Assembly: GCA_902512485.1 (NCBI GenBank) | Contig: CABXJL010000001.1 | Location: 5,703 to 69,702, forward strand | Direction of reading: 5' to 3' | Source: an uncultured Gammaproteobacteria bacterium | Lineage (GTDB): Bacteria; Pseudomonadota; Gammaproteobacteria; PS1; Pseudothioglobaceae | DNA length: 64,000 bases | Part shown: one piece after another, positions 11,761 to 21,258 of the stretch | Position numbering within the stretch: position 1 is the first letter of the stretch | Layout of the letters: every line of letters starts with the position of its first letter | Position numbers and translations under genes: made by a program | Notes under the pieces: model-generated | What the model was told of the DNA's origin: nothing | The model's database searches: none | Seen by the model: only the letters and a program-made list of their open reading frames with translations

Positions 11761-12800
11761 AATTAATGATTGATGATTCTGTTTGGGGCTTTGAGAAAAT
11801 GTTCTCTGATTTTGGTGAAATTGTTACTCTTCCTGGACGACAGATTGATCGTCAAAGTCTCTTAGATTGTGACATATTGATAGTAAGATCGAGAACAAGG
11901 GTCGACAAAGAGCTACTCCAAGGAACTAAGGTTCAATTTGTTGGTTCAACAGTTGCCGGACTTGACCATATTGATGAAGCCTATTTGCTTGAAAACAATA
12001 TAACTTTCGCATCTGCTCAGGGCTGCAATGCCAATGCCGTTGCAGAATATGTGATCAGTGCTATTTCAAATTTAGCTCACGACTACAGTTTTGATTTATC
12101 TAAGAAAACACTAGGAATTATTGGTGTAGGCAATGTAGGAACTAGACTTGACTTTAAAGCAAAACAGCTCGGAATCACCACCCTTCTTAATGATCCACCT
12201 CGCCAGGAAATTGAGGGAAAAGAAGGGTTTGTAGATCTTAATACGGCTCTCAGTGCTGATATTGTGAGCTTTCATACACCGCTAACCTTTTCAGGCTCTC
12301 ACCCCACCCACAACCTACTAAGAGGTCATAATTTTGAGCTAATTACTCAAAACACTATCGTAATTAATACTGCTCGAGGAGGCATCATTGACGAAGACCT
12401 ATGGTTGAAAACTAAAACAAAAGCTAATTTAATCGACTGCTGGGAAGAAGAGCCCAACATTAACACTAAGCTCCAAAGTTCAGCCTACTGGGCAACTCCT
12501 CACATTGCAGGGCATTCAATAGATGCTAAATTTATGGGTAGCTATATGATTTATAAGGAATTATGTAAATTTACTAAGACTCCTTTGAAGAATAAATTCG
12601 AAAACCTTATAAATCCAACAGCAGTTACTATTAATGAAAATACACTTCACGAAACACTTAATGCAATATATCCATTCATTGATGACGATCTAGCAATAAA
12701 AGACATTTCAAAATTTGAGGACTACAGAAGGAATTACCCAGAGCGTTTTGAATGGCGACATTTTCAAACTCGATTTGATATTCCTAAGGCCAAAAAATAA
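11757..12800 (+). CDS. pdxB: Erythronate-4-phosphate dehydrogenase
   Basis: VRSRT, GCNANAVAEY, GVGNVG, NDPP, HTPL, TPHIAGHS. Start at ATG 11757 overlaps the ung stop (ATGA). Confidence 0.9.
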   Translation: MKLMIDDSVWGFEKMFSDFGEIVTLPGRQIDRQSLLDCDILIVRSRTRVDKELLQGTKVQFVGSTVAGLDHIDEAYLLENNITFASAQGCNANAVAEYVISAISNLAHDYSFDLSKKTLGIIGVGNVGTRLDFKAKQLGITTLLNDPPRQEIEGKEGFVDLNTALSADIVSFHTPLTFSGSHPTHNLLRGHNFELITQNTIVINTARGGIIDEDLWLKTKTKANLIDCWEEEPNINTKLQSSAYWATPHIAGHSIDAKFMGSYMIYKELCKFTKTPLKNKFENLINPTAVTINENTLHETLNAIYPFIDDDLAIKDISKFEDYRRNYPERFEWRHFQTRFDIPKAKK

Positions 12801-12822
12801 CCCATCTATTAATTCGAGAGTG

Positions 12823-13896
12823 TTAATTTATCGGTGAAGGTTTAGAAACTTGTTCCATTAACTCATTATTCCATTCACCATCAACAACAATATGAGCTGC
12901 AGCTCCAAGTAAAAATGCCTCAATCAAATTGTGACTTAGATAAGCATACAGCCCTGGTTGCTTAAATGTGTATATTGACGCTCCAGCTGAGCCTGCACCA
13001 ATAACCCAACTCTCTAAATTTGTTTGAGGTGGATCTGAAAAATTTCCTCGCTCCCAAACATAATCACCATGACCGCCTATTAGATGTGGGTAAGATTGAC
13101 GATTTGCTTGTTCGTGAATAAACAAAACTGTATCTCCTACATTTGCTTTTAAGGCATTTTCCCCAGTAAGAGATCCCACTTTACCGTTAAAAACAACATG
13201 AGATGGTTGTAGCGTTTTCATAACCTCTAGCTCCTCAATATATCCCTCAATTGGGGTGTTATATCTTTTATATTTCCCATTTTTATCTTTAGGGATATAA
13301 AAGTCTTGCTCACCTATATAAAATACTTTTGAATAATTAATTGCATTACCCTTATTATCTTTTAATCCATCACGTGGCAATACCATAATGGCTCCATTCA
13401 TCCCATGAACGACGTGCCATGGGACCATAGGTCCTCCAGGTGCACAGTGATATACAAAAACACCTGCCTTTGTGGCCTTGAATCTCAAGACCACTTTCTC
13501 CCCAGGTAACACTTTCGTTAATTCACCTCCTCCCATCGCTCCAGTGGATGCATGAAAGTCAATATTGTGCATCATAGAATTAGAGCTTGGATTTACAAGA
13601 GTTAGCTCCACATAATCATCCTGATGAACTACTATAAGGGGCCCTGGAACACTTCCATTAAAGGTTAGTGCATGTATATAAACTTCAGGAGCGATCTCAA
13701 TTTCCTTTTCCTCGATAACCATCTTAATCTGTACAATTTTTGGTAGACCTTCAGCAACCTGCATGTGCTCTGGCACTAAGGGAGGATTAACAAGTTCTTG
13801 AAATACTTTAGAAATTTCTACTGTATTGGCTAATGGGGCTTCAATTAAACAACATAAAGCACCAAGAGTGATTGCTTTCATTAAGTGACTAAACAT
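12823..13896 (-). CDS. nirK: Copper-containing nitrite reductase
   Basis: All Cu ligand motifs present: HNIDFH, YHCAP...[21 protein letters not shown]-terminal signal peptide. RBS GAAGGAG before ATG 13896. Confidence 0.95.
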   Translation of the reverse strand: MFSHLMKAITLGALCCLIEAPLANTVEISKVFQELVNPPLVPEHMQVAEGLPKIVQIKMVIEEKEIEIAPEVYIHALTFNGSVPGPLIVVHQDDYVELTLVNPSSNSMMHNIDFHASTGAMGGGELTKVLPGEKVVLRFKATKAGVFVYHCAPGGPMVPWHVVHGMNGAIMVLPRDGLKDNKGNAINYSKVFYIGEQDFYIPKDKNGKYKRYNTPIEGYIEELEVMKTLQPSHVVFNGKVGSLTGENALKANVGDTVLFIHEQANRQSYPHLIGGHGDYVWERGNFSDPPQTNLESWVIGAGSAGASIYTFKQPGLYAYLSHNLIEAFLLGAAAHIVVDGEWNNELMEQVSKPSPIN

Positions 13897-13914
13897 AAGC
13901 TTCTCCTTCAATAT

Positions 13915-14055
13915 TTAACCAACAACTGATTCAACTGCTGGTAAGAGTTGTAGTAATGCTACTAATCCAACATACACAGTCACAAACATCAATCCCATTA
14001 TTCCTAAGCATACTCCTACTAATTTTGGTATGTCTTTTGATTCTTGGTTATTCAT
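13915..14055 (-). CDS. 46-aa single-TM micro-protein upstream of nirK (not in ORF track)
   Basis: Hand translation: MNNQESKDIPKLVGVCLGIMGLMFVTVYVGLVALLQLLPAVESVVG*. The ATG overlaps the stop of the upstream micro-ORF (ATGAATAA), and the stop lies just before the nirK RBS. Confidence 0.55.
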   Translation of the reverse strand: MNNQESKDIPKLVGVCLGIMGLMFVTVYVGLVALLQLLPAVESVVG

Positions 14056-14158
14056 ATTCGCTGTGTTTTCTAAATAATAAACTTACAAAAAATGCACCGG
14101 ATAAGAATATGCCGATACAGAATGCAGTCATAAATGTTGTATTAAATAGTATCTCCAT
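14048..14158 (-). CDS. 36-aa single-TM micro-protein
   Basis: MEILFNTTFMTAFCIGIFLSGAFFVSLLFRKHSEYE*: one hydrophobic helix followed by basic residues, translationally coupled to the next micro-ORF. Confidence 0.5.
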   Translation of the reverse strand: MEILFNTTFMTAFCIGIFLSGAFFVSLLFRKHSEYE

Positions 14159-14356
14159 AGTTTTATTTTTTAGTTGATAAATTGGAAAGTCCGGCACTGA
14201 CAATTTACGATTACAAAAAGAGAATTCAAAATAAATATCCAAAAGTCAGTGCCAAACACCATTAATGACACTAGAGACCAAAAAATTGTTTCACCCTCTC
14301 CCAACTAGATGGCAAAACTTGGTATTAGATTTCAATCTAACGTGCCATTGAGAAGT

Positions 14357-14398
14357 ATTATCGTAAGATCAATCAATAAATAAATTGATCTATGTCAA
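14357..14398 (-). promoter_or_regulatory. FNR/DNR-type class II promoter for the nirK unit
   Basis: TTGATCTATGTCAA at 14385-14398 is a 9/10 match to TTGAT-N4-ATCAA. GATAAT (-10-like) on the minus strand at 14362-14357 places the box at about -41.5. Confidence 0.75.
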
Positions 14399-14562
14399 GA
14401 AATACAAAAAATGTAATCGAAAGGGCTTATATGTATTTACAGCTGCTAATAATTATTAGCTAAAGCGCCTGAAAAATCTAACTGGTTTATATAGATTAAA
14501 TTGATAGAACTGCATTGTTTAATTTAATAAGATTATTTTAATTTGTGAGATAATAGATCAAT

Positions 14563-15288
14563 ATGAATGCTATACCCAACAATAAGCTTCAATATCTTAA
14601 GTTCCTGTCTGAATTACCACTATTTAATGATATTCAAGACCAAGAAATTGAATTATTACTTCCTTTAATCAAAGTAATAAACTACCAAAAAAGGGAAATG
14701 TTCTTTATTAATGTTGATAAGCGGCCTGGACTATACATAACGTTTGATGGGCAATTTAAACTGACAAAAGTCAATGAACGTGGCGATGAGATGATTATAA
14801 GAGTGGTGAGCAATGGAGAAGTTATCTCTCCAATGCATTTTTCACAGTATTATGAAGCTTCTGCTGAATTTATCAAAGATACTACCCTATTCTATCTTTC
14901 CGAATATACAGTCAATCAACTAGTTAAGGACAATTCCTCATTTGCAAAAAATATCATTAATATGTTGGCTGAAAATATTCAATCTCTTATGATGGCTGCA
15001 GAGGTATGGCGCTTAAAAAATACTAAAGAAAGATTGGGCTGGTTTTTAGCCTCTGCTAATACGAATAATTTGGGAAAGCTGCCAATCTCAAAATCCCTAC
15101 TAGCCTCCTATTTAGGAATGACGGCCGAATCTCTCTCAAGAGCACTTAAAAAACTTGGCGATGAAGGTATCAAGATTGAGCACAAAATGATTAAGCAAGA
15201 GACCGGAAAAGAGCTGTGTTCATACTGTGATAGAGTTATAGGCGTCAACTGCAATCTTTTTGGATCAAAGAATTGTCCACTTTTCTAA
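14563..15288 (+). CDS. Crp/Fnr-family transcriptional regulator with C-terminal Cys cluster
   Basis: cNMP-binding-like N-terminal domain; HTH LASYLGMTAESLSR (E--SR recognition helix); C-terminus CSYC...C...C. Divergent from nirK. Confidence 0.9.
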   Translation: MNAIPNNKLQYLKFLSELPLFNDIQDQEIELLLPLIKVINYQKREMFFINVDKRPGLYITFDGQFKLTKVNERGDEMIIRVVSNGEVISPMHFSQYYEASAEFIKDTTLFYLSEYTVNQLVKDNSSFAKNIINMLAENIQSLMMAAEVWRLKNTKERLGWFLASANTNNLGKLPISKSLLASYLGMTAESLSRALKKLGDEGIKIEHKMIKQETGKELCSYCDRVIGVNCNLFGSKNCPLF

Positions 15289-15310
15289 TGGTTGAATTTT
15301 CCCAGATAAT

Positions 15311-16183
15311 CTAGAGCACATAGTAAAGTGCCATGGGAAGCACAATCAAGCTACCAATATTACCAATCATTACGATAGAAGCTACAGTTTCTGGCTGTTG
15401 CTGGTACTTCTCAGCCATCATATGATTAAGGACCGCAGGTGGTAACACACTAAATAAGATGAGTTGCTGATAATGTAAATGTTCAAGTTCAATAAATTGA
15501 ATAACGGCTAAAGCAACTATCAAACCCACTACAGGACACAGAAAAGAACCCAAAACACCTAACTTCCAATCTCCAAAGTTAATTCCAATTAAACGCGTTC
15601 CTAATGTAAATAATAATAATGGTATTGCTGCTTGCCCTAATAAATCGATCATCTGAGTGAAAGGCAACCAAAGCTCAAAGTCAATAATATTTACAGACAA
15701 ACCTGCCAACGTTGCAATCAGAATTGGAGACCTAAATATGGACATGAAATTTGCATTTTTGGACAAAATATAAGCGCCAAAAGTGAAATGTAATAACATC
15801 TCAATAGCAAAAAGAACAACAGCTGCGCCAAGAGCAATCTCTCCAAATGCTAAAACTGTTAACGGTAAGCCAATATTGCCTGTATTGTTAAACATCATAG
15901 GTGGAACAAAGGTCTTAATATTTATATTTAAAGCCTTTGCAACGATCCAAGCAAGTATGCCCGAGCCTAAAATAACAATAACTCCAGATATTGCTAACAA
16001 CTGATAATTTTGAATCTGAAAGGACTCTTTTGATAATACTGAAAACATCAATGCTGGCAAAAAAATATTCATATTGATAGTATTTGCTGTTTCCATATTT
16101 GGCTGAAATTTAGTAGCATAGAAATAGCCCACTAAAACAATTGCTACCACTGGAAAAATAATGCCAAATATTTGATAAATCAT
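15311..16183 (-). CDS. AEC (auxin efflux carrier)-family membrane transporter
   Basis: ~10 TM helices, NTGNIGLPL motif, internal two-fold repeat. Confidence 0.8.
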   Translation of the reverse strand: MIYQIFGIIFPVVAIVLVGYFYATKFQPNMETANTINMNIFLPALMFSVLSKESFQIQNYQLLAISGVIVILGSGILAWIVAKALNINIKTFVPPMMFNNTGNIGLPLTVLAFGEIALGAAVVLFAIEMLLHFTFGAYILSKNANFMSIFRSPILIATLAGLSVNIIDFELWLPFTQMIDLLGQAAIPLLLFTLGTRLIGINFGDWKLGVLGSFLCPVVGLIVALAVIQFIELEHLHYQQLILFSVLPPAVLNHMMAEKYQQQPETVASIVMIGNIGSLIVLPMALYYVL

Positions 16184-16213
16184 TGAATATATCGGATTAA
16201 TAAAAGATAAATA

Positions 16214-16864
16214 TTAAGATGTAAGTATTAACACAATTAACTCTTTTGGGCCATGAACACCATATGCCAGAACCTGCTCTATATCGGCTGTTTTAGAGGG
16301 TCCAGAAATCAATAATGCGTTTGTTGGCATATTTTCTGACCAATGTTGAGTGGAAATAATTTGATCAAATGTTTCATAAATGGTGTCCTCATATACTAGG
16401 GCGATATGTATATTTGGAACCAGAGACATAAGTCGAGGTTCATGAGGTGTGGGATGTAAGACAATAGAACCACTCTCGGCTATTGCGCCAATTGTTGTTG
16501 TAATACTCGCATCAGTTTCATTGAAAAGTTTTTCGCTCCAGGACTCGTAAGACTCTTCATATTTTATAACTGCAATCTCATTATTTATATATTGAGATAT
16601 CTGTTTTGCAATACTTGTACCAATGAGTATGTTTTTAATACCTCTTTTAGGTAGTTCTACATTTAGCCAGTCGATTAGTTCTGCATCACTTAATACGTAG
16701 CTCTCAGCTCTGGCTGATTGAAGTTTTTCACTAAGTTTAGCAATCATTTCTTCTTTAGACCAGTGATACGTTTTCTTTGCTACATTAACTTTGACATGAC
16801 TTGTCTCATTAGCGTTATTTTTCAATCTCTCGAGGATTATTTCGCGACTGTTATTCATGATCAA
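16214..16864 (-). CDS. lutC: L-lactate utilisation protein LutC/LldG (LUD domain)
   Basis: ISGPSKTADIE, GVHGP. Confidence 0.9.
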   Translation of the reverse strand: MIMNNSREIILERLKNNANETSHVKVNVAKKTYHWSKEEMIAKLSEKLQSARAESYVLSDAELIDWLNVELPKRGIKNILIGTSIAKQISQYINNEIAVIKYEESYESWSEKLFNETDASITTTIGAIAESGSIVLHPTPHEPRLMSLVPNIHIALVYEDTIYETFDQIISTQHWSENMPTNALLISGPSKTADIEQVLAYGVHGPKELIVLILTS

Positions 16865-18272
16865 AACCTGCTTGATTCGCCAGCTCTTTTAAACTGTGTT
16901 TAGATGGTCTAGGAGTTATCCGGTATTTGCCCCATTTGCCCAACTTTTTTGGAGAAATAAAGTTAAGTTTGGTGGCAATCTTAGAAAAAATAGAGTAGAT
17001 AAATGGGCTACTATAAACTTGCTTCCAAATCTTCCAAGCCAATGATTCCAAAGGTTTTCGCTTACTTCTAGTGCCCTCAATAAGTTCGTTTGTATTGTTG
17101 CCTTCTACTGCCTCTGAACGTAACTTATTGATTAATTTAGGTAAAGGAATCTGGACTGGGCAGACTTCGCCACATGCGCCACACATTGTGCATAAAGAGG
17201 TGAGTTCGCCAAGCTGAGTAATGCCCTGTTTTTGAGGCTCTAGAGTTATACCTATCGGTCCAGGATAGACTGTCCCATAGGCATGACCACCTAATTGAGT
17301 ATATACTGGACAATGGTTTATACAGCTGCCGCAACGTATACACTTTAAAGTCTCTTGCATGTCATTATTTTGGTGTATTTTTGATCGCCCATTATCGAGT
17401 AAAACAAGGTGCATTGACTTAGGACCATCCTTTTCACCCTCTCGTCGTGGTGAAGAAATCATATTGAAATAAGTTGTGATTTCTTGGCCTGTGGCTGACT
17501 TTGTTAAAATATCGAGAAGTGGTGGTATATCACTGAGCTTTTCAACCACCTTTTCTATGCCAGTTACAGCGATATGAATAGGCGGAGCTGTGGTACACAT
17601 TCTACCGTTGCCTTCATTCTCCACCAAGCATAGTGTACCGGTTTCGGCAACAGCGAAATTTACGCCTGAAATTCCTGCATCAGCTTTTCTAAATCTTTCT
17701 CTCAATATTTTGCGAACTTGCTGTGTAATCAGGTCAACATCTTCTGTATATGGAAACTCGGGAAAGTGATCAAAAAATGCTTTTGAAATTTCTTTCCGAT
17801 TTTTATGTATTGCAGGCATGACGATATGTGAGGGTTTTTCGTTAGCTAGCTGGACAAGAAACTCTCCTAAATCTGTTTCTAGTATCTCAATTCCTTTATT
17901 ATCAAGAAATTCATTGAGTTCAATCTCCTCAGTTACCATTGATTTGCCTTTGACAACACTTTTAGCATTGGCGTCTTTCAGTATTTGATAGACAATATTG
18001 TTGGCCTCAAGGTCTGTTTCTGCCCAGTGAACTTTAATGTTATTTTTTTCTAAGTTTTCTTCAAGTTTTACAAGTAGTTCAGACAACTGAGCGACTGCAT
18101 GAGAGCGGATAGTTGAGGATATTTCTCTATCATTTTTGAGTTGTTTTTCATCTGGAAACTGATCTCTTCTCTTCTCCATCAAATAACTCATAGCTGAACG
18201 AAAATTTGTATGAAGTTGCTCATTACTGAGAGCTTCATCGATTCTATTTTCAAGTGATTTAATTTGCTGCAT
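16851..18272 (-). CDS. lutB: L-lactate utilisation Fe-S protein LutB/LldF
   Basis: KGKSM, ETDLGE, ENEGNGR, CIRCGSCINHCP, CTMCGACGEVCP. ATG 18272 chosen as start. Confidence 0.93.
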   Translation of the reverse strand: MQQIKSLENRIDEALSNEQLHTNFRSAMSYLMEKRRDQFPDEKQLKNDREISSTIRSHAVAQLSELLVKLEENLEKNNIKVHWAETDLEANNIVYQILKDANAKSVVKGKSMVTEEIELNEFLDNKGIEILETDLGEFLVQLANEKPSHIVMPAIHKNRKEISKAFFDHFPEFPYTEDVDLITQQVRKILRERFRKADAGISGVNFAVAETGTLCLVENEGNGRMCTTAPPIHIAVTGIEKVVEKLSDIPPLLDILTKSATGQEITTYFNMISSPRREGEKDGPKSMHLVLLDNGRSKIHQNNDMQETLKCIRCGSCINHCPVYTQLGGHAYGTVYPGPIGITLEPQKQGITQLGELTSLCTMCGACGEVCPVQIPLPKLINKLRSEAVEGNNTNELIEGTRSKRKPLESLAWKIWKQVYSSPFIYSIFSKIATKLNFISPKKLGKWGKYRITPRPSKHSLKELANQAGFDHE

Positions 18273-18999
18273 TGGTTCTATCCCAAAGAAATTGAGCAAT
18301 ATGTTGAGTTTTGAGTTTTGAGTTTTGCTTCTCCAGTGCCCCACCGATATTCATCAAGCAACCACAGTCCTGAGATACAACGCAAGAAGCGTTGGTTGCT
18401 TTTAAGATATCTGTCTTATCCTTTACCATAGAGCCAGAAATATCCCCCTGTTTGATGGCGAAAGTGCCACCAAAGCCACAACACTCTGGTTTTCTTTCCT
18501 GCTCTAATACTTCAACTTTTGAGAGTTGAGAAACTAAGCTCTCTATTCTGTCTGCAACCTTCATTTCATTTCTACAGGAACATGAGGTGTGGATTGCGAT
18601 TTTAGTGGGCTCTCCTAGGTCAGTTAGTTCTACATTTAGCTTATCCACAAGAAATTCTGTCAATTCATAAACTCTTTCTGCAACAGATAATGCCTTTTCA
18701 ATATCTGACTCGCCTTCAAACAATTCAGACCAATGATATTTGATCATTCCAGCGCAAGAACCTGAAGGGATTACAATCGGTATATCCTTTGGAAAACATT
18801 TCATTAGAGAGCGTGCTACCGGCAAAGCTTCCTTTCTGTAGCCCGAGTTAAAAGAGGGCTGGGCGCAGCAGGTCTGTTTGCCAGGATAAATGACCTTAAC
18901 TCCGGCATTTTTTAAGAGTTGCATTCCTGCTAGACCAGCTTTAGGATAAAAAAGGTCTACCAAACAGGTTCCCATGAAATAAACCTCATTACTAGACAT
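18259..18999 (-). CDS. lutA: L-lactate utilisation protein LutA/LldE (CCG domains)
   Basis: TCLVD, QTCCAQP, SGSC, ECCGFGGTF, DCGCLMNI. Confidence 0.92.
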   Translation of the reverse strand: MSSNEVYFMGTCLVDLFYPKAGLAGMQLLKNAGVKVIYPGKQTCCAQPSFNSGYRKEALPVARSLMKCFPKDIPIVIPSGSCAGMIKYHWSELFEGESDIEKALSVAERVYELTEFLVDKLNVELTDLGEPTKIAIHTSCSCRNEMKVADRIESLVSQLSKVEVLEQERKPECCGFGGTFAIKQGDISGSMVKDKTDILKATNASCVVSQDCGCLMNIGGALEKQNSKLKTQHIAQFLWDRTNAAN

Positions 19000-19007
19000 A
19001 GTTAAAT

Positions 19008-19769
19008 TTATTTAGTTTCGGATAAAACAGAGGAATGATGCAAAAACCGTTCTTGCCTTTCTTTATCTTTATCCATTGCTGATAAGGATTTATTGACAAA
19101 TGTCATATGAGTTTTTGCAGCTAACTTAGCGGCTTCACTATCACCTTTGATAATACTGTCCAGTATTAATTTATGTTGACTAGTTAAAGATTTCTCAATA
19201 CCTTTTATCGTGTACAAATACTTAAGATTGTTTTCTATGCTAGTCAACAATACATCATAAATACTTCGAGTGATATGGAGTAGAGCGATATTATGAGAAG
19301 CTTCTGTGATGCTTAAATGAAAATTAATATCCGCCAGTGCCGAACCTACATGGTCTTCACGTTTAAGGTGAAGCTCAACCATAGTGTCGTACTTTTCTTG
19401 AATGTTATCTTTTTCAGCATCACTAGCTCTAGAGGCGGCAAGGAAAGCGGCCTCAGAATCCAATGTATGTCTTAATTCCAATATGTCAAATTTAAATTCT
19501 GGGCGCTCTTTAAGAAGATTCATCAAGGGGTCAGATATCGAGGAATTTAAGGCAGATGTAACGTAAGTTCCACCACCCTGTTGCGATTTCAATAATCCTT
19601 TTGAGTTTAATATTTGTTTTGCTTCTCTCAATGTTGGTCTTGAGACTTCAAGTCTTTCTGCCAATACTCTTTCTGATGGAAGCTGAACGCCCTCCTGCAA
19701 AATCCCATCAGCGATCATGTCTTCTATCTGTTTGGATACAATTTCAGCAATTGTGGGCTTGCTTTTCAT
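19008..19769 (-). CDS. GntR/FadR-family regulator (LldR/PdhR/GlcC-like)
   Basis: LPSERVLAERLEVSRPTLREA HTH, QGGGTYV, FCD domain (FH...ASHN). First gene of the lut operon. Confidence 0.9.
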   Translation of the reverse strand: MKSKPTIAEIVSKQIEDMIADGILQEGVQLPSERVLAERLEVSRPTLREAKQILNSKGLLKSQQGGGTYVTSALNSSISDPLMNLLKERPEFKFDILELRHTLDSEAAFLAASRASDAEKDNIQEKYDTMVELHLKREDHVGSALADINFHLSITEASHNIALLHITRSIYDVLLTSIENNLKYLYTIKGIEKSLTSQHKLILDSIIKGDSEAAKLAAKTHMTFVNKSLSAMDKDKERQERFLHHSSVLSETK

Positions 19770-19775
19770 AACGAT

Positions 19776-20010
19776 ATTGGTCAGTCCAATTTATATAATT
19801 TATATTCTACTCTATCTGAAATCTTACCACCTATTCTCTTGAAGAAAATTTCAGTAATTATGGACCTACCTTCATATTGATATTGGTCAGTCCAATTAAA
19901 TAAATCAATATTCTACTCTATTTATTCATATATAGTAGCGTTAAATAGATTTATTTTTATTAATTTGACAATTAAAAATAATTAGTATATTATACATTGG
20001 ACTTACCAAT
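19776..20010. promoter_or_regulatory. Three LldR/PdhR-type operators plus a sigma70 promoter for the TRAP operon
   Basis: ATTGGTCAGTCCAAT at 19776-19790 and 19882-19896, ATTGGACTTACCAAT at 19996-20010. TTGACA (19965)-17 nt-TATTAT (19988) on the + strand lies directly upstream of the third site. Confidence 0.8.
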
Positions 20011-20080
20011 TTACCATTATAGAAATTATGGTTTATTTTAAGTGGAAATAATTAATTAATTGTTTAAAGGAGACAGTTCA

Positions 20081-21157
20081 ATGAAAATTAAATCACTAGT
20101 CAGTCTGGGTACTGCGGCATTGCTATCAATGAGTGTAGCAACAACTGCAGTTGCAGAAGACAGAGTATTACTTAAACTTCCTGTATGGTTTGGAACTCAC
20201 CTAACTGGTTTAGGTTCTTCACCATTGTTCTTTGCTGACACAGTTAACAAAGCTTCAAATGGTAGTGTAAAAGTTAGAATATATGAGCCTGGTAAATTAG
20301 TTGCCACTAAAGAAATGTTAGAATCAGTTTCTAATGGATCTGTTAATGCTGGTTGGGGTACGCCTGGTTACAATACCGGCTTGCTTGGTAAAAAAGCAGC
20401 TATATTCTCAGCCGTTCCGTTTGGACCTGAGGCGCCTGAATTTATGGCCTGGGTTTATTATGGCGGTGGCCGTGAATTGTGGCAGAAGCTTTATGATGAT
20501 GCTGGGTACGATGTTCACGCTATACCTTGTTCTATTATCGCTCCAGAAACTTCTGGTTGGTTTACTAAGGAAATCAATAGTGTAGCTGATCTAGATGGCC
20601 TGCGTATGCGTTTCTTCGGTTTAGGAGCTAACGTAATGGAGAAGTTAGGTGTTACAACTTCACTACTGGCAGCTGGAGATATCATGCCAGCACTTGAGAA
20701 GGGCGCGATTGATGCGACCGAGTTCTCAATGCCAGCTATCGATAAGCTCTTAGGCTTCCCTAAACTTTTAAAGCATAACTACTATCCTGGATGGCATCAG
20801 CCTTCTACCATGTTTGATTTAATCATTAATGGAGATACATGGCATGGTATGAGCGAAGCGCAGCAAGCAACAGTCGAGTCTGCCTGTAAAGCGACAATGC
20901 TTGACGGTCTTGCTTTGGGTGAGGCTATTCAATTCGACTACATGAAAGCCAACACTGAATCAGGAGTAACAAACCATTACTGGTCTGATGAAATGCTTGC
21001 CACGTTTGAAGAAAAGTGGCTTGAAGTTGTGGATGAATTAATCGCTGAGGATCCTGAGTTTGGTGAAATTTATGGCGCTCTAAATGAGTTCCGTGCAAAC
21101 TACAAGATCTGGCAAGAATGGATCTATTTACCACGTCCTTCTAAGCAAGGTAATTAG
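20081..21157 (+). CDS. dctP: TRAP substrate-binding protein (TakP-like, monocarboxylate/2-keto acid; probably lactate)
   Basis: Signal peptide; VPFGP, GLRMRFFGLGA, GAIDATEF, YYPGWHQP. RBS AAGGAG before ATG 20081. Confidence 0.88.
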   Translation: MKIKSLVSLGTAALLSMSVATTAVAEDRVLLKLPVWFGTHLTGLGSSPLFFADTVNKASNGSVKVRIYEPGKLVATKEMLESVSNGSVNAGWGTPGYNTGLLGKKAAIFSAVPFGPEAPEFMAWVYYGGGRELWQKLYDDAGYDVHAIPCSIIAPETSGWFTKEINSVADLDGLRMRFFGLGANVMEKLGVTTSLLAAGDIMPALEKGAIDATEFSMPAIDKLLGFPKLLKHNYYPGWHQPSTMFDLIINGDTWHGMSEAQQATVESACKATMLDGLALGEAIQFDYMKANTESGVTNHYWSDEMLATFEEKWLEVVDELIAEDPEFGEIYGALNEFRANYKIWQEWIYLPRPSKQGN

Positions 21158-21180
21158 TAGTAGTAATATTATTTTTCCCT

Positions 21181-21212
21181 AACAGCAGGGCCTAGGTCCT
21201 GCTGTTTTTTTT
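21181..21212 (+). terminator. Intrinsic terminator/attenuator after dctP
   Basis: AACAGCAGGGCC-TA-GGTCCTGCTGTT stem followed by a T-run. Confidence 0.8.
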
Positions 21213-21258
21213 GACTATAATTAAAGTTTAATAATTTCAAAAACATTAGATACAATTC

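Noticed and set aside
13956-14177. 73-aa + strand ORF in the ORF track
   Set aside because: It is antisense to the two coupled minus-strand micro-ORFs, which fit the nirK promoter orientation better.
14170-14307. Possible third TTG-started hydrophobic ORF, or a Moco riboswitch, in the nirK leader
   Set aside because: No RBS and a weak start; the Moco RNA consensus elements could not be matched.
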